Assembly: GCA_051382295.1 (NCBI GenBank)
Contig: JBBCAW010000135.1
Span: forward strand, 1 to 20,182
Source of the DNA: Bdellovibrionota bacterium FG-1
GTDB lineage: Bacteria > Bdellovibrionota > UBA1018
DNA: 20,182 nt
Reading direction: 5' to 3'
Below are positions 17,748-20,182 of the stretch, in pieces. Positions within the stretch are counted from its first letter, which is position 1, and the number at the start of each line of letters is the position of its first letter. The translations under genes and the position numbers were made by a program. The notes under the pieces were generated by a model. It saw only the letters and a list, made by a program, of their open reading frames with translations. It was not told the DNA's origin and did no database searches.

Positions 17748-18629
17748 CTATTGCTCATCGCCCTCTTCTATCGCCCACAAATCCACTAACCGCTGAATGA
17801 CCCCGTAGATCGTCGCCGCATCCGGCAGCATCTCTCCCTCGTCATACGTCAAGGTGCGTGCTTCGTTCAGAACCTTGAGTACACCCGGACTCGTCTCGGC
17901 GTTGAAGTGCTCGGTGAAATCCGCACGGAAACTGCGGACATCGTTGTAAACCGTAGCTGCGATCAGCCGGGAAATCTCGCCATCCACTAGCGGAAGCGCG
18001 TCGCGGAACTTTAAGCAAAATTCGTAGATATAAAACGCGTCCTTCTGCATCGCGCTTTTCCGCGTGCGCCCCTCCCGCCTGAACATAGTGATGAACTTCT
18101 GGACCAGATACGCGGCGGGATTCGGAATCTGAATTGTCTGGCCGAATTCACTGAGCCCTGGAAGTCGCCGGACCTCCAAATGCCAGGGGTCCCACAGAGG
18201 CAGGTCCATGAATCTCAGCGGGGTCGCGGAAACGCCCGCCTGTACTTCAGCGGCCATTTCTCCTCGATCTTTCCCAACAAGAGGGCAAAGGAATTCGATC
18301 TCGAAATCCGCCGATGAAGCCGCACCCGTGTCCAGCCGGAATTTAGTCAAACCGTAAGTCATAAGGACTTCCTGGTTCGCTTTGAATCCGGCCCCGTCCA
18401 GCAGCTCCGCAATCCGGGGTGCCTCGGGCGATACCGGGATTTTCCTATCCGTCGCGAGGTCGAGGTCTTTCGTCATAAGCGGCCGCCGGCCGGACGGTTG
18501 CGCGGCCGGGTGATACCCGTAAAGAGCGTTGGACACGCCGCCAATGAAGACAATATTGCTAAGGTACGGCTCAAGCGCCTGCACCAGGGACCCGAAAGCC
18601 CGGAAGAACTGTTCGTCTACAGCGACCAT
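17748..18629 (-). CDS. Pol-beta-superfamily nucleotidyltransferase, GSU2403-family/AbiEii-like putative toxin
   Basis: Motifs IVFIGG, TKDLDL, IEFL, LRFMDL, IPNPAAYLVQK and C-terminal KD. SD GGAGG and a 13-bp overlap with the upstream gene. Confidence 0.8.
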   Translation of the reverse strand: MVAVDEQFFRAFGSLVQALEPYLSNIVFIGGVSNALYGYHPAAQPSGRRPLMTKDLDLATDRKIPVSPEAPRIAELLDGAGFKANQEVLMTYGLTKFRLDTGAASSADFEIEFLCPLVGKDRGEMAAEVQAGVSATPLRFMDLPLWDPWHLEVRRLPGLSEFGQTIQIPNPAAYLVQKFITMFRREGRTRKSAMQKDAFYIYEFCLKFRDALPLVDGEISRLIAATVYNDVRSFRADFTEHFNAETSPGVLKVLNEARTLTYDEGEMLPDAATIYGVIQRLVDLWAIEEGDEQ

Positions 18630-19921
18630 CCCATCCTCCGAAAATGCGGGAACAGCGCTTCCTCAAAAATGTGTTCCGCCTGCTCGTCGCCACGGCCGCC
18701 GAGAATTGAGACATCCAAAGCGCATTGGATGACGTCCACCGTGTATGGCGCCAGGTTATTTTTTCGCTTCAGTTCGGACACCTCCAATACCGGTTTTTCA
18801 TACCGGTGCGGCTGCAATTGAATAGGGGAATTCCGGTTGTCGCTGACCTTCAACTCGATAGCGCGGAGAAACCGTTCAAGACTAGCCGGATTCGCCGTGG
18901 ACGCATGGATGAGGATCGACAGGTTGTTCGTCCAGCCCAAGCCAAGAGCATAGCAGCCCAGGTGTCCCCCGAGCAGAATTGAAATATTGGCCAGGCCCGC
19001 CGCTTTGGAGAAGCGATCACCGAAACCAGAATCTTTTTCGCGCCATTGATCGGTCGTCACCCCCGGCATCAGTGGGGCTAGCGGAATCAGCATAATCTTT
19101 TCCTGCCGGTAAGCGCGAATCCAGTTAGTCATCAATGCGCGCAAATTTCGGAACTCGATGCTGTCCTGTTTTCTGACAAGATGTCCAGCCTCTTCCAACT
19201 CCGTCAACAGGGCATGTGCCTGAGTCGCGGTGTTGAAGCCAGCCCGTGCACGCAAAGTGTTGGAGTTCCATTGCCCCACAAACGGCTCGGCGCCCCAATA
19301 CCTCGGATCTATCGCGTTCAGGAGCATCACCTTCAGCATCCACTGATAGTTTCCCGTGAAGTGCGAGAACTCCGCCCCGACGTGTCGTGGACGCTTCGAT
19401 GAGTAGGCTTCAATATAATGATCCAGAAATGAGCTTGGTTTCTGGCCTGCGCCTCCTGGCAACTGCTCAAAGTATGTCTGACCGTTGACCTGCCCGAAAT
19501 ATTTTCCCGCCTGCGAAACAAGCAGCCAACTCAGGTTTGTGTTAGGTGAAATTTTCTGAATAACTGGTTGACCCTTTTTCTCGATGAAAGCATATACGGC
19601 TGCTTTCAGAAGTTCGGTGATCTCAGGAACAACGACAATCAGGAGCGGACAAGATGTCTTTGTGTCTGACAATACCCTCAAGAGTCTGACCAACCCGTCG
19701 GAAAGTTGCGCTTGAAAATCTCTCGGACGACTAGCCGTTAATTGCTTAATCGCAATCACGGTCACCGACCCATCTGACGCCTTAACGATGTAGTCAGAGT
19801 GAGAAGGCCGGCCGTCTTCCAGTAGGGCGTTTTGTTGACCATGAATACCCACTCGGGCGACCACGCTTTTGATCATCGCCTCGGTCGCCTCTAATCGTCG
19901 TTTCTCGGATTCTGCCAGCAT
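18617..19921 (-). CDS. AbiEi-like antitoxin/regulator (degenerate PD-(D/E)XK-like N-domain, winged HTH, AbiEi_2-like C-terminus)
   Basis: The C-terminus VDVIQCALDVSILGGRGDEQAEHIFE resembles the AbiEi_2 'Q..LD....GRG.E.AE' motif. Central wHTH-like segment NTLRARAGFNTATQAHALLTELEEAGHLVR. N-terminal SDYIVK...VIAIK. Lies directly upstream of the nucleotidyltransferase. Confidence 0.68.
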   Translation of the reverse strand: MLAESEKRRLEATEAMIKSVVARVGIHGQQNALLEDGRPSHSDYIVKASDGSVTVIAIKQLTASRPRDFQAQLSDGLVRLLRVLSDTKTSCPLLIVVVPEITELLKAAVYAFIEKKGQPVIQKISPNTNLSWLLVSQAGKYFGQVNGQTYFEQLPGGAGQKPSSFLDHYIEAYSSKRPRHVGAEFSHFTGNYQWMLKVMLLNAIDPRYWGAEPFVGQWNSNTLRARAGFNTATQAHALLTELEEAGHLVRKQDSIEFRNLRALMTNWIRAYRQEKIMLIPLAPLMPGVTTDQWREKDSGFGDRFSKAAGLANISILLGGHLGCYALGLGWTNNLSILIHASTANPASLERFLRAIELKVSDNRNSPIQLQPHRYEKPVLEVSELKRKNNLAPYTVDVIQCALDVSILGGRGDEQAEHIFEEALFPHFRRMGWSL

Positions 19922-19983
19922 AAATACATCATATCATGTATATACACTTTGTCTAGTCCATACAGATGTATGTGTATATTCAT
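19922..19983 (-). promoter_or_regulatory. Putative leaderless sigma70 promoter with overlapping operator palindromes
   Basis: The minus strand reads TAGACA (19955-19950), N16, TATGAT (19933-19928, preceded by TGn), N6, ATG 19921, with no SD. Inverted repeats lie at 19924-19941, 19959-19972 and 19936-19947/19972-19983. Confidence 0.6.
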
Positions 19984-20141
19984 TGTCTTATGCACGTCAG
20001 TCCTCAAGCTTAAGAAATATAACATGCTGTCTTTATAGAATATTTTGTAAAATATGGCTATGACGGCAAAACTTGGTTGGATTTCACGATTGCTGCACAG
20101 CGCATCGCGAGTTTCGGATCATTTTTGACGGGAGCCCCGCC

Positions 20142-20182
20142 ATGCGGAGAACTTTCTTGAGCGGTGCCGGAATCCGCTCCGG
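20142..20182 (+). CDS. Possible start of a gene running off the window
   Basis: GGGAG (20130-20134) lies 7 nt before ATG 20142, and the frame is open to the window end (MRRTFLSGAGIRS). Too short to assign. Confidence 0.25.
   Translation, partial: MRRTFLSGAGIRS

Noticed and set aside
19869..20128. Short plus-strand ORFs (19869-20063 and one from 20060)
   Set aside because: They cross an AT-rich regulatory region and have low-complexity translations without SD support.
12029..20182. Second att site (duplicate tRNA 3' end) or integrase gene
   Set aside because: None was found by eye within the window, so island boundaries are not called.

Overview
Bacterial chromosomal window, probably from Bdellovibrionota/Oligoflexia. 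That assignment is an inference from a TIGR02147/DUF4423 regulator fragment and the style of the secreted hypothetical proteins. It has three zones. (1) 1-1738 is a damaged accessory patch: the 3' end of an ISAzo13-like element abuts a 5'-truncated OmpA-family gene, followed by a lipoprotein/CxxCH + beta-barrel chimeric ORF. (2) 1768-11783 is a tightly coupled minus-strand run: alpha/beta hydrolase, YhiN/HI0933 flavoprotein, then aroA, aroE-aroK fusion, aroB, aroQ, aroC, tyrA, chorismate mutase and class II DAHP synthase. This covers the whole shikimate pathway plus the Tyr branch. (3) From an initiator tRNA-Met (11952-12028) to the end is an island-like region. It holds att-like tandem repeats, an IstB remnant, a TetR regulator, three secreted hypotheticals, an unlisted 57-aa hydrophobic ORF with an SD-occluding hairpin, and elbB. 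It also holds two head-to-head genes that both lack their 5' ends, and an AbiE-like pair (434-aa PD-(D/E)XK-like/wHTH/AbiEi_2-like protein plus a Pol-beta-superfamily nucleotidyltransferase) behind a palindrome-rich, apparently leaderless promoter. All family calls come from motif recognition by eye; no searches were run.
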